From the NCBI GenBank assembly GCA_025594325.1, contig JANHCV010000007.1, forward strand, positions 1,550,001-1,614,000: DNA of 64,000 nucleotides, given 5' to 3'. Each line of letters begins with the position of its first letter. Position 1 is the stretch's first letter. Origin of the DNA: Blastocladiella emersonii ATCC 22665. Its lineage: Eukaryota > Fungi > Blastocladiomycota. Shown piece by piece: positions 1 through 12,406 of this stretch. The notes under the pieces are model-generated. The model searched no databases, was not told the DNA's origin, and saw only the letters and a list, made by a program, of their open reading frames with translations. The translations under genes and the position numbers were made by a program.

Positions 1-172
1 GCGTTTCGCTGTTGCACGTCAGCAGCTCTTGAACCCACGACTCGCCAGAAAGCGTGGACGTGCGGATAGGCTCCCACGAGCGGCGCTCGTTGCGCGCAGC
101 GAGACGTCGCAGGAGAGCGAGGGCGGCCGTGAGTATGAGGCCGCGCAGCTTGCGGTTGTATCCCTTGCCCAT
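1..172 (-). CDS. PIF/Harbinger transposase, N-terminal part (continues beyond window start)
   Basis: Reverse strand from ATG at 172 reads MGKGYNRKLRGLILTAALALLRRLAARNERRSWEPIRTSTLSGESWVQELLTCNSETR. The RTSTLSGESWVQELL segment matches the typical N-terminal motif of fungal PIF/Harbinger transposases. A PIF-type TIR lies 200 bp upstream. Confidence 0.75.
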   Translation of the reverse strand, partial: MGKGYNRKLRGLILTAALALLRRLAARNERRSWEPIRTSTLSGESWVQELLTCNSET

Positions 173-388
173 GTTGTTTGAGGGCTCGAGAACACGATGC
201 GTGAGGTTAGGTGTTGATTCGTTGCAATAAGTGCGGCTGCAAAGAGGTGGGAAAGATTTTATTGCGGGGGGGGGGGGGTTCATCCAGCGGGGCGTTTGGT
301 TCGCACGGCCGCTGAGATGAACGGGGGTGAGGTGAAACGTGGCAACTTTTTCAGCTGATCCACCTGATCTGAACCAAACGGGCCCTAA
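1..388 (-). mobile_element. Terminus of a PIF/Harbinger DNA transposon (TIR 371-385, TAA target site 386-388)
   Basis: 371-385 gaaccaaacgggccc is the reverse complement of GGGCCCGTTTGGTTC, the PIF/Tourist TIR pattern, and is followed directly by TAA. An internal inverted partial copy, cgtttggttc, is at 293-302. Confidence 0.8.
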
Positions 389-438
389 AAGTACGCTGCC
401 TGCGCCGTAGAGCACGCGCAACTCGAGACTAACGCAGC

Positions 439-1191
439 TCCGCGCCGCGCGAATCTAGTAACATCGCGGGCAACCGCCTTGATCTTCTCCTTCACCGAAT
501 CCTGGAGCTCATGTTCCCGTACTACGAGCGGATGCTGCGTGAGCGAGGCGATGACGACCCGCGCTTCACCATGGACCAGGCCGCCCATCGTGCGCACGGC
601 TTCGATCTTTGGCAGTTTGGCCTCGTTGCGCGCGTCACCGACGTGGAAACGGTGTGCAAGCTCGCCCGCGTGGGCGGGGATCCGTCGCCGTCCATCTTCC
701 TCGTCGTCAGTTTTGAGGAGTCGGGTCGCAAGCACTACGTCTACCTCGAGCAGCATCGGTCCACCTGCCGCGCTTTGCGTGACCACAACCAGGTGTGCGC
801 CCACCTCATCGATCGCTTGACGTGATACTGACTGATTCGCTCTTGTCGCGTCTAGATGCATCTGTCCTCGCTTCATTCGCAACAACCTGATCGTCCCGTC
901 GGCGCCGCACTTTCTCTCGCTGTTTCTCCAATGCGCGACCGCACCGTCGACCTGCCGTGCCCCGCGTTCGTGGACCCGTGCACGCTCGCGCTCTCGGACC
1001 GCGGCGTGGTGCGCGACGCCAAGTGCAAGATCATCGCCGGCTACTTTCTCCGCGACGCGCACGACGCGCTCATCAAGATCGAGAAGGAGCTCAAGGCGTC
1101 GCGCGCGTCCGCCGCCGCAGTAGGTTGTTCAGAGCCGATCGAGAGTTTCATGTCGTTGCATAGATACAGTGTCGCTTTTGTAATCCCTTGA
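439..1191 (+). CDS. Hypothetical protein, 3' exons only (439-792, 856-1191); possibly degenerate SWIM-like; upstream part separated by the PIF insertion
   Basis: Intron signals GTACGC(391)...CTAAC-GCAG(438) and GTGTGC(793)...CTAG(855) join in frame to give ...SIFLVVSFEESGRKHYVYLEQHRSTCRALRDHNQMHLSS.... Resemblance to SWIM fingers is weak because ligands are missing. Confidence 0.4.
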
Positions 1192-1621
1192 CTTCATCGT
1201 TGCGCCAAGTGATCGCGGCGAGAGGGGCACTTGGGCAGAGCCCCGCACAGTTGACACCCGAACGGAGTGAGTGGTGGAGGTACTGGCAATGAGTTCGCTG
1301 CCGCTTCGCGTCCCCACGTGTTTTCCAAACGCGTCTCAACGCGCGTCTCGCTGCTTGCGACTCCAGCCGCCCGGGTCCGGCGACGCCTTTCTCGCTTATG
1401 CAGTTGAAGCGGTCATGGTCGGAATTGGCGAGCTCTGGGCAGTTCCAGCGCCCGAGTTTTGGGAAGGCTGATTGAATGCGGGGAAACGCCATGACTTTCA
1501 ATGCCATTTACATGTTCACAAGACTGTATTGCTTGATTGAATCACGATCTGTCGCTCTGCTTCTTCATTCCCACAGTCACCGTTTCCACAACCCTTCTCG
1601 TGCGCGGCACGCAAACCCGCT

Positions 1622-2317
1622 CTACGCCGAGCCGCGGGGCTTGTACTTGAGCGCGAGGGGAAGAATGTGCTTGTCGAACGTCTCGATGTTGACCATGAGC
1701 GGGTTGCCCAGCGCGCGCGACGCCTTGATCAGGTGGTTGATCCCGGGCATCTTCTTGAGCTTCTTGGAGGTCCAGTCGTTGGCGCGCTCGCGCTCCAGGA
1801 ACTTGCCGTGGATGAAGCAGAGCAGGCTGATCGAGAACATCTGGCCGAACTCGGCGTTGTCGGTGGCCTCGAGACGCTCACCCTTAGCCTTAGCGAGCTT
1901 CTCGACCTCAAGGACACGGGCTTGGTGAGCGGCGGGCGAGAGGCGCTTAGGCACCGGAACTGGGCGGTCCGACGACGGGGGCGACGAGGTGGCCGAGACG
2001 TCCTCGTCCGACTCGGCGTCGCTGCGCTTGGCGTGGCCCTTGACACCGTCAGCCGAATCGGCGGCGGCACTGCGGGTCGCCAGCTTCTTGCGCTTGGTCT
2101 TGCACACGGGAGTAAGGGCCTCGAGGCCGAGGAGCATCGGCGCGACCTCGTCGTCGTTCTTGACCTTGAGGATGAGGGCGCCGCCCGTGGCGAAGCCGAT
2201 CTTCAGGATGACCGTGGTGCCGTCCACGTCAAGCACCTCGAGCGTCATGCCGGCAGGGAGGGTGGACGTGGTGTAGCCGCCGTCGGTCGTCTTGTTGGAT
2301 GAACGGTTCTTGCTCAT
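1622..2317 (-). CDS. Hypothetical intronless protein, 231 aa, Lys-rich
   Basis: Clean ORF with host-like GC3-rich codons; no recognisable domain. Confidence 0.55.
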   Translation of the reverse strand: MSKNRSSNKTTDGGYTTSTLPAGMTLEVLDVDGTTVILKIGFATGGALILKVKNDDEVAPMLLGLEALTPVCKTKRKKLATRSAAADSADGVKGHAKRSDAESDEDVSATSSPPSSDRPVPVPKRLSPAAHQARVLEVEKLAKAKGERLEATDNAEFGQMFSISLLCFIHGKFLERERANDWTSKKLKKMPGINHLIKASRALGNPLMVNIETFDKHILPLALKYKPRGSA

Positions 2318-2500
2318 GGCGGTTGGTCGTGGATGCGCAAGGTGAAGGAGTCAGGCCGAGGCGAGAGGTGGTTGGAGAGCGAGAACCGTGGTGGGCAAGC
2401 GCCAGGCTTTTATGGGCTCCAAGGCCTCCTCAGCGCAAACACTAGGTGGACACCAATTTCGGGCGTCCACGTCATCGGATGCACGCCGAGGGCGTCGGAA

Positions 2501-2542
2501 GCGGACAGTCGCGGACAGCTGGGCGGACAGTCGGGCGGACAG
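2501..2542. repeat. Four copies of GCGGACAG
   Basis: Copies start at 2501, 2511, 2523 and 2535. Confidence 0.8.
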
Positions 2543-3420
2543 ATCGCGCCGTTCACCGCCGCGTGATCGCAGCGGCACATGCCGTGTCTCGCATGTCTCG
2601 CGCTCCGCGCCCTCGCGGCCTCGCGACACGCGCGTACTTCCTGTCAGCGCAAGTCTCTGCATCGCGTGAGCCGTTAACAACGCACGGCTCAAGTGTTCAC
2701 ACTTCTGCACTGGCCGTTTAGGGTCAGGCGTCCGTCGAGTGCCGTCAGGATGGCCGTCGACCCGCTTTCATTGACCCCGTCGAGATCGCCGCGGTGTGTG
2801 TGTTGTAGTCAGAGAGACCGAGGCGTTCGGTACGCGCGGCCGCCTCGTCGGCCGTCGTTCCTAAAGCAGGACAGCCGCGGCCATCGCGGAGCGCCGGTTG
2901 CCACGGTCCTGGCGCTTGATCCGCCTCTCTGCCCTTCCGAATCGACCTGCGCTGACAACACCATCGCAAGCGGATCCTTCGCCCTCATATACGCGAGGGA
3001 CGGAAGCCGTGTCGTCATCGCGGTTGCAGCGGATGCTTCACGCTCCCTCCGTCGCAGCGCTCACGGAGCTCGCGGGTGGCGCATTCGAACCGCGCCACTC
3101 GGGATTTTAAAACGTGTTCTGGACGGCGACCGCTGCTTGTGCCGCCGCCGCCGCCACCACCAGGTGAAAGGATTCACCAGCGTGCACCCAGCCGGCCGCC
3201 GCGCCAAGGCCCTGGCTCGCGACGGCGACGGCGACGACGTCGGCGCCCGCTGCCCACCCATGAAGCTCTCGCACCCGCGCCCGTGAGGCGATCCAACTCG
3301 CTGCATTCCTCTCGTTGTGCCGCCGACCCCGAGTGTCTCGCACCCATCCCATCGCGTCGCGCACACGCCACCGCCGCCTCGTCCACCATTCCCACTTCCG
3401 CATCCGCACCGGCTACAACC

Positions 3421-6400
3421 ATGACGGCGCCACCGCCGCCGCCGCCCCGCGGTCGCGGCGACAACGACGGCGCGGTCCCCGATGACCCGTCGGCCGCCGC
3501 GTCGTCGTCCGCGACGCCGGCGACGCGCCCGCGCCCGCCGCACATCCAGATCCGCGCGCCGACCGACTTTGACCTGTCGCGCGCGCACCTGCCCGTCTAC
3601 GACCTCGAGGAGGTGCTGTCGCCGGCTGTCCCGCTGTCGCCGTCCGCGAACCGCGGGCACCACCACCACTTGCACCTGAACCTGCGCCGCCTGAGCCGCG
3701 GCAGCGCCAGCACCGACGGGGATGCGGGATCCGCTTCGGGCGTCTCGCCGCCCGCCTCGCCCACGTCGAACGCCTACTTGGGCCGCCAGCGCGGCGTCTC
3801 GACGGGCCCCGCCGCCGCGGATATCGCGCGCCTCGACGTTGGCGGCGGCGGCAGCGACCCGTCGCCGCGCGCCCGGTCGCGCTCGCAGTCGCCCGCTTCC
3901 TCGTCATCGGCGGGCGGGGCCAGCGCGCGCTCCGCGTCGCCGCGACCGCGCGGTCTTTCGGGAACGTCCGACGCCGAGCACCAGACGCCCAACACGCCGG
4001 CGACGGGCATCTCGGCCATGGCGCACGAGTGGCTCGCGCGCAACCCGTGGGACCGCCGCGGCCCGCGCGGCCACCGCCCGCAGACCCTCACCGCGCTCAA
4101 CCCGTCGACCGTCACGCCGCAGGGCGTCGAGGTGTCGCTGCCGATCCACGCCCTCGCGCCTACGCTGCACTCGTCGCCGTCGGCCGCCCCCGCTACGGCT
4201 GGCACGTCGATGGCAAGGACCACGGGCTCGCTCGACGCGGTCCCCGTCGACCCGACGTTCATTACCAGCGGCCCGGCCGTCATCGCCAACTCGACGCTCC
4301 CGCGGTCCGTCGTCGGCACCCTGACCCGCAGCGCCAGCGAGATGGCCGACCGCTCGTCGTCCAGCCCGGCCGCTGCACCACCGACGCCGCGCAACGCGAT
4401 GCTCGTCGGCCTCGGCAACATCGCCGCGCGCATCATGGGCGACGAGCGCGACCACGCGCACCTGTCGCTGTCCCGCGCCGTGTCGACGGCCGCGCAGTTC
4501 CGCCGGCCCACGGCAACCCCGGTCTCGGCACCCTCGCCCGCGCTCAGCAACGCCACGGCGGCGATGCCTGCGCCGTCGCCGAAACCGACCATCATCTCCA
4601 TGTTCACGTCCGCCGTGGCCGCGGCCGCGCCGCCGATGCCCGGCACCCCGTCGTCGGCGTCGGCGCACCTCGCGCCGCCCGGGACGCCCGTCGTATGCGG
4701 GCCGGGGCACTACGCCGCGCACATCTCGACCGCGGCGGCGGCGGGCGCGCCGGCCTCGGTCGTCGTCGACGGCGTCTCCATGCCCGTCCCGCCCGTCCCC
4801 TCGACGCCCGTCGCGGCGCCCGGCCAGATCATCGTTGAGCCGCCACCGCTCCCGCCGCGCCGCCCGTCCGCCGTGTCCATTGGTGCGGGTGTCCCGCCGC
4901 CGCTCCCGCCGCGACCAGCGCAGCAGCAGCAGCCGCGGCCTGCGATTGTTGTGATCAAGGGCCTCGGGCTGCTCGGCAACACGCTCTTCTACTTCCACCC
5001 GCACCACGCCGTGCGGCACGTCGCCACGCGGATCGTCACGTCCAAGTACGCTTCACCGTCACCCCCCGTACCGGTCGACCCAATGTTCACCGCCCACTGC
5101 CGACCTTGTAGACGCTCCAAGCTCGCCATGATGCTCGTGATTGCGGCGCACTGGGTGCTGATGGCGCTGCGGACGTGGTCCCAGGGCGAGGCCAACCAGT
5201 TCACCCTGTTCACGTCGCCGTACGAGACGGCGCTGCTCGCCGTGTTCGCCGCGTACACGATTGAGATCGTCCTCAAGATCATCACTTTCGGCGCCTTCCG
5301 CCTCCCAAAACTCCCGCCGGGGCTCGCCGAGGACGCGGACGCGGACGGCGACGGCGAGGACGACGCCGAGTCGATCCACGACGACCAGAAGCCCGACGGC
5401 GGGATCGACCAGGTCGCCGCCGAGCTCAACGAGGAGGCCGAGATGCTCGCTGCCGTCAACGAGGCCGCCGCCGTCGTCGCCGCGCAGCAGATGGACGAGG
5501 CGCCGGTGCCTGACCCGCTCGACGTCGCCGAGTCTGGCGCCACCACAGCTGTACCCGCGGCGCAGGCCCCAGCGGCGGGTAGTTTGCGCCGCAAGCCGTC
5601 CAGCTCGCTGACACCAACGACCGGCAGCCTGCACCGGAAACCCAGCTCCCTCGCGCCCGCGGGCAGCCTGCGCCGGCCGAGCAACGCGAGCAGCAGCCAG
5701 CCGCGGTGGCGCGACCGCGGGCTCTCGCCCACCGACATGCCCGAGCCCCCGCCCGCACCGTCGTCCCTGCCGCGGCGCGAGTCCGAGGAGGGCTCCGACA
5801 GCAACAGCGACGACGACGGGACGCGGTCGATCCGGTCGTCCAAATCGGTAGCGTCGTCGGTCAAGTACGCGCAGGCGACGCTGTCCGAGACGATCCACCT
5901 GGCCGACGGGCCCGAGCGCGCCAACGGGGTTCACGCGGCGGAACCGTGCGTCGTCGTGAAGCCGTACCTGCGGTCCATGTTCAACCGGTTCGACGCGCTG
6001 GCCGTGCTCGCGTTCTGGGCGTACGTGGTGTGCGGGGTCGCCGGGTGGACGGGCCCGCTGTGGATCCTGCGCGGGCTCTCGTCGCTGCGCACGTTTCGGT
6101 TCCTCGCCGTGACCCGCGGCACGCGTATGATCTTGGCGTCGCTCAAGGCGTCGCGCCGCCTGCTGCGCAACGTGATCGTCTTCACCGGGTTCATCTTCAC
6201 TATCCTCGCCGTCTCGGCCGTCCTCGCGTTCAAGACGTCGTTCCGGCGCCAGTGCGTCCTCGATGGTACCCCCGTCAGCCCCGTCAAGTACTGCGGCAAG
6301 TTTTACCTCCAGAACGGCGACGCCGCGCTGCCCATGCTCCCGCCCGACCAGCTCGCCGCGCTCAACGCGCGTAACGGCACCCTGCCGCCGTCGGCGACCA

Positions 6401-9400
6401 GCCTCGTCTACAAGGGGTACGGGTGCCCATTCCCGCAGCAGTGCTGGCTCATGCAGCCCAACCCGTACGATGGGTTCGCGTCGTTTGACACGATCGGCAA
6501 CGGTACGCTTCGTTGGTGGCCGCGAGCAACCGCGACCGCTCACGCAATCGATCTGTTGTAGCCTTACTCGTCCAGTTCTCGGTCATGTCGGGCGAAAACT
6601 GGTCGGGCTTCATGTACGGCCTGATGCAGGCCGAGTCCAAGGCCGCCGCCATCTACTTTGTCGTGGTCCAGGCGCTGCTCAGCTACCTCGTGCTGCAGCT
6701 CTTCGTCGCCACCATCTCCGAGACGTTCGGCTCGGTGCGCGCCGTGTACCTCGAGCAGAAGCGGCTCGCGCAGATCGCCGCATTCTCCCCGCCGCCGCCC
6801 TCCGGGCACCTCTCGACCAACGACCTGTTTGGCACGGGCGGGCTGCCGGGCGACGGCGCCACGTTCCGCGCCAAGTTCGACCGGTGGCTCGCGCGCGTCC
6901 GCATGCAGGCGCGGCGCCTGCACCGCAGCCGGCTGTGGAACGTGGTTTTTTTCGTCGTGCTCGGGCTATATTCGATCCTGATGGCGGTGCTCGCCGGGCT
7001 CGGCAGCGACCCGACGCTCCCGCAGATCATGGCGGCGGTGCGCCCGATCGAGGCCCTGTTCACGGTCATCTTCGCGTCCGAGGTGCTCCTCAACTACCTC
7101 GTCGCGCCGTCGCTCGCGCGGTTCCTCGCGACGCACCCGTGCGACACGCTGCTCGCGCTCGTGACGCTCGTCCTGCTCGGGTTCCCGTTCAACCGGTACC
7201 TGGTCGGGTTCGAGGTCGCGCGGACGTACAAGCTCGTGACCTACCTGCCGCCGGTCCGCGAGCTCATCATGTCGACCAAGCAGTTCATCGGGATCGGCGC
7301 CGTCATCACGTTCGCGTTCGTCGCCCTCGCCGCGTCGGCGACCAGCTGCATGCAGATGTTCGGCGGCGTGTACGAGACCGAGAGCAAGTGGATGATGTTC
7401 AACGACTTTGGCTCCGCGTGGCTGTCCGTGTACTCGGGCCTGTTCACCGGCGACGCGTGGACGGACTACCTGTGGGGCGCGATGAAGGCGCACCAGGACC
7501 TGCCTGTCTTCGGCCCCGCCGTCGCGTCGCTCGCCATCATCTCCATCTTCTCGCTCAACACCTACGTCATCCTCAACCTGTTCATCGTCGTGATCCTCGA
7601 CATCTTCGAGACCGAGGACGACGAGAAACGCCGACGGCAGGTCGAGATGGCCGACGCCAAGGAAGCCGCGGCGACAGCTGCTGCCGCGGCCGCGGCCGCC
7701 GGCGTCACGGGGCTCGCCGGAACCGCCGCCAACAACCTCGGCCAGACGCTCGCACACTTCCACGTCCCCGCGCAGTCCGTGTTCCGCCGGTGGGCCCTCG
7801 AGATCCGCCAGTGGTGGTACGGGGTCCAGGAGCGCCGCCGCGCGCGCCATGGCGAGAACGGCTTCGGCGGTGGGACGCAGCTCGGCAAGTCGAGCCCCGG
7901 CCTCGACACGTCCACGGCCGCCCTCACCCAGTCGCCGTCCGTGTCGAACCTGCGCATCGGCTCCGGCAGCGACGACGCCGTCGCCATGTCCCCGCTCGGC
8001 AACGACGCCAAGCTCCCGATCCCCGACGACAACGACGCCAACGTGCCCGACCGCGGGCACAAGGGCAAGGCGTCGCTCGCGCACCTCGGGAGGCCAGGTG
8101 GCGGTGGTGCGGTCCCACCCATCGACCCGGCCGCGGGCCCGCTCACGGCCAGCAACCTGTACCTGAACCGGCAGTCGATGGTGTTCTACTCGTTCACCGA
8201 GAACGTGCTGCAGTCGACGCTGGCGCGGCCGCAGAAGCACGCGCGGTCGCAGAACCCGGTGGTGGCGGCGCTGCAGGCGCTCATCGAGTCGCGCGTCTTC
8301 ATCGCCTTCATCTTCTTGACAATCCTCGCGTCGATCGTGGCTGCCGCGCTCGACTCGCCCATGGACCGCCTGTACCGCCTGCGCAGCCGCGCGGGCAACG
8401 ACGCGCCCGACGCCGTGTCGGCGGCCAACTGGGGCGACTGGATCTTCGTCACGGACGTGCTGACGGTCGCCATCTTCTCGGTCGAGTTTGCGCTCAAGAT
8501 CGGCGCTCTCGGGTACACGTACTTTTTCGACAAGTGGAACAACCTCGACTTTGTCGTGCTGACGACCATGGCGGCGTCGTTCTTTGTCGACCAGTCGTCG
8601 GCGCACGTCATCCGCATGGCGCGCGCGCTGCGCCCGCTGCGCGTCATCAGCTACCTGCCCGGCGTGCAGTCCATTTTCGCCGCGCTGGTCCTCGGCCTGC
8701 CGCGCATCCTGTCGGCGATCGGGTTCACGATGCTCGTCCTGTTCCCGTACGCCCTGTACGGCATGTTCCTGTTCTCGGGCCGCCTGATGCGGTGCAACGA
8801 CGCGAGCGTCGCGTCGCGCGCCGCGTGCGTCGGCATGTACGCCAACGACGTGGGCGTCTGGGTGCCGCGCGTCTGGGGCAACGTCAAGTCGTCGTTCAAC
8901 TGGGACTCGCTCGGGAACGCCCTGCTCACGCTGTTCGTCATGGCGAGCAAGGAGGGATGGACCGCGCTCATGAACCAGACCCAGGCGATCGTCGGGCCCG
9001 GCTTGCAGCCCGTGGCGTCGCCCGCCGACGCACCGCGCGGGTCGTGGTGGCACGCGGCCTACGGCGTCTCGTTCATGCTCATCGGGTCCGTGTACACGCT
9101 CAACGTGTTCATTGGCGTCGTCGTGCGCTCGTTCGACGAGTCCACGGGCATGGCGTACCTTACCAACCCGCAGAAAGCGTGGAATAACGTTGCGAAACGC
9201 ATCGCGGCGCTCCGGCCCAAGGCGCTCCGGCCGCCGAACCACCAGCGGTGGGTGCTCGGGCAGTGGGTCGTGTGGCTGCAGCGGCAGTACGGGCGCGTGC
9301 TGTACCAGGTGGTGACGGCGACCATGGTGATCCACATGCTGCTGCTGTGCTCGGAGCACGCGGACCAGCCCGACTGGCTCGACCGCGTCAAGGAGCACGC

Positions 9401-10899
9401 CTTTATCGTGTTCGTGGCGCTGTACCTGGTCGAGATGCTGATGCTGATCGTCGCCATGGGCCCGCGCAGCTACTTCAAGAAGTCGTGGTGGAACTGGTAC
9501 GACTCGGCCATCACGTCGCTCGCGCTCGGGTTCGTCCTCGCCCAGCTGTTCGTCGACGACCCGTACTTCACCCGCCTGCAGAAGCTGTTCCTCGTCGGGT
9601 ACGCGCTGCGCCTCGCGCGCCGCGTCGCCGGCCTCCACACGCTGTTCGCGACGGTCGGCGCGTCGCTCAAGGATATTGCCCGAGTCTACGTGGTGCTCGC
9701 CATCGTCCTGCTCTTCTTTGCGCTCGTGTTCACGGAGCTGTTCGGGCTCACCCGGTTCGGCAACGCTTTCACCGACTACTCGTCGTTCCGCACCGTGCCC
9801 TTCTCGCTGCTCCTCCTCTGGCGCATGCTCACGGGCGACGACTGGCCGTCCATCATGCACGAGGTCAAGATCACTTCGCCCGGGTGTGTCGCCGGGTCGT
9901 ACCTCGCGTCCGATTGCGGGAACCGTGGGCTAGCGTACGTTCGGCTGGTTTCACTCGTGTGCTCGGATAGCGACTGACGCACGGCATCGTTGCAGGTTCA
10001 CGCTGTTCATCGTGTACTTTGTACTCTGCACATACCTGATTCTCAACCTGACGATTGCTCTCCTCGTCGACTCGGTACGCGTCTTTGGCGTGCGCCGCCC
10101 GTTCAGCCAACTGACCGCCCGTCTCTCTAGTTCGACTACGTCTTCTCAACGACGTACCACACGGCCATCTCCGAGGACGACCTAAAATCGTTCCGCCTTG
10201 TGTGGGCGACGGTCGACCCGCGCGGGACCGGCCGGATCCGCGCCGAGAGCATCACGACGCTGCTCGCCCGGCTGCGCGGGCCATTTGACTTCCGCATCTA
10301 CGGCACCGAGTTCTCGGTCAACCGGCTCATGTCGCAGTGGGCGGCGCAGGACCGCGGCGCGCTCCACGCGCACCACGGCGGGACCCGCGGCGTGTTCGAG
10401 GAGGAGCGCGACTTCGAGCGCGATTTCTCGGGCCACTTGGCCGCCGCCTCGGGCGTCGGGTTACATCCGGCCGTCGCGATGGCGCTCGGCGAGCTCGACC
10501 AGAAGACGGTGCGTGCGCGGCGGCGCCGGTACAATATCCTGTACTACGTACGTGTCCTTTGCTACTCTCGCCCGCGACTTGCCGCTCACACTCTCATGGA
10601 CGTAGGATCTGCACGAGCAAGCGCGCGGCGGGTGGTTGTCGTTCCAGGACGCGCTCATGACGCTGTGCCTGCACGTCATCCCGCTCGAGGACTACCTGAC
10701 GTTCGAGCAGTACAAGATGCGCGTCGACGACCTCAACCGCATCTCGCTGCACGTGTCGCGCGTCCGGTTCGCCGGCCTGTTCAAGATGGCCGTCGAGCGC
10801 CGCCGGTTCCGCCGCAAGGTCGCCGAGATGCACGGCAACGCGGCCACAGCGACGGTCGCAGGTAGTGGCGGTGGCGGGGCGCGGGCGTTTCCGCACTGA
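3421..10899 (+). CDS. CCH1: Cch1-type four-domain calcium channel alpha subunit (introns 5046-5111, 6503-6561, 9935-9995, 10075-10130, 10548-10605)
   Basis: Four 6-TM repeats with pore loops MSGENW, FTGDAW, ASKEGW and LTGDDW. S4-like segments include LRGLSSLRTFRFL and IRMARALRPLRVI. Domain IV has the Cch1-like LQKLFLV. All five GT-AG introns restore the frame. Confidence 0.88.
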
Positions 10900-11924
10900 C
10901 GAAAGGGCGATTGCGGGTGCCCAGTTTTTGTACCAAGATAAACTCAATTAGATTGATTCCTGTCACGCGACTGCAACGATGATGGTGTGCGAGCTGAGTG
11001 TGCTCGTTGAGTTGGAAGGGATACGAAGACTCTACGCGTCGGTCAAAGCACGAGGACGCTGAAACACGGCGCGCTCCTTTCCCACGCGACCCCGCCGAGC
11101 CCGCCACATCGACCGCCCCTCTCTCTCGCAGCGCCCCCATCGAACCCTCGCGCATTTTGCCATGAATCACTCCATGCATCGGGATCTGGGCCGCGTCCTG
11201 GGTTGTCTGTCAGTGTCGGAGCACAACCGCCCGCGAAAGTGGGAGCCGGTATTCCGATCCGCGCCGTCAACACTACACCTGTTCCACGCCCATCTGCTGT
11301 GCGTTTCGCCAAACTCCGCCTGCGGATCAGCAGCCCACGGAGCTGACACTAGCCTGAGCTTGCGATCGTGCTCTAGTGCTTGTTCGACGATATGGGTGTA
11401 CGGCGCGGACAAGGATTAGAGCTGAGCTTGGACCGCTCTCAAGCGGCGACAAGAGTGCGGCTTACTCTCATCGTCCTTGCCACCCTCGCGTGATCCTGAG
11501 ATCGCAATGTACCAGCGCCGTCGCCGTGCCACGAAAGTGTCCAGCACGTTGCTCGCTCCTTCATACCATCCTGTGTACGGCGCCACGTGCACTATTCCAC
11601 GCGTCGCGTGTGGAACCAGGAAGGTCAGCTGCTCGCTTGCACTGGTCGATCCCGTTCCCCTGCCTTTGTCGAAACTGCTTTGCACTCTCTTGACGGGTGA
11701 GGTGATCATCGTCGCCTGGTCGCCCAGGTTAAGTTTTCGCCCGATGCGCGTGTCAACAAAAAGGTCGATATAGATCACACGAATCCAGCTCTCTGACTTT
11801 CAACATCGAGGCACTACACCATTGACTCGCTGGGCAAAGCCCCACTCACGCACCGCGGGCTTCCTAACCGCGGGATACTGGCTCGCAGCGCGCGTACAAC
11901 CGTCATGATCCGCTCAAATTTACC

Positions 11925-12090
11925 CGGTGAGTCGTTCGGGTCTCACCGATCATCCCGCACCGCGCTGTTGGGCCGCACTCGCGCGGGCGCCGTGAAAAGT
12001 CCGCGTCGCCCGCGAGAGTGCGGCCCTCTGTACAAGCTCGTCTCGGCGTGGTGTTGGGTGGCCGCGAGGGGACTCGAGAGCGCCGTCGTG
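11925..12090 (+). ncRNA. Candidate structured RNA, copy 1 (hairpins 11925-11948 and 11970-12026)
   Basis: cggtgag/ctcaccg stem plus a 57-nt hairpin gggccgcactcgcgcgggcg...cgcccgcgagagtgcggccc; homologous to 12951-13165. Confidence 0.4.
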
Positions 12091-12406
12091 AAGGACGGGT
12101 TCGCGCTAGGACAAGTCGAGGTACCAGAGTAGGAGCAAATGGCTCGCGCGCGATAGATAAACTGACCGACAATGCAATCTTGTGCCGTTTCTGAAGCTCG
12201 ACTTTGTCCAGTGTGCGGATATGCGAACAACAGCAGGTGTAGACGGCGACGCGATGAGCGCGTTGATCAAGTGCGCGTGACGCGAGACCTGAAGCGCTCT
12301 GGGGAGGGAGGGCTGTCATCGCGAGCAGCGCCTCAACGCGTCCGCCTCCCTCATCGACGACCATAACATGACTAGTTAGACAATCTGCCATGTATCACTC
12401 CCTGCA

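Noticed and set aside
3076-3420. Upstream extension of the channel ORF to 3076
   Set aside because: The sequence looks like promoter/UTR; the ATG at 3421 fits better with where codon bias begins.
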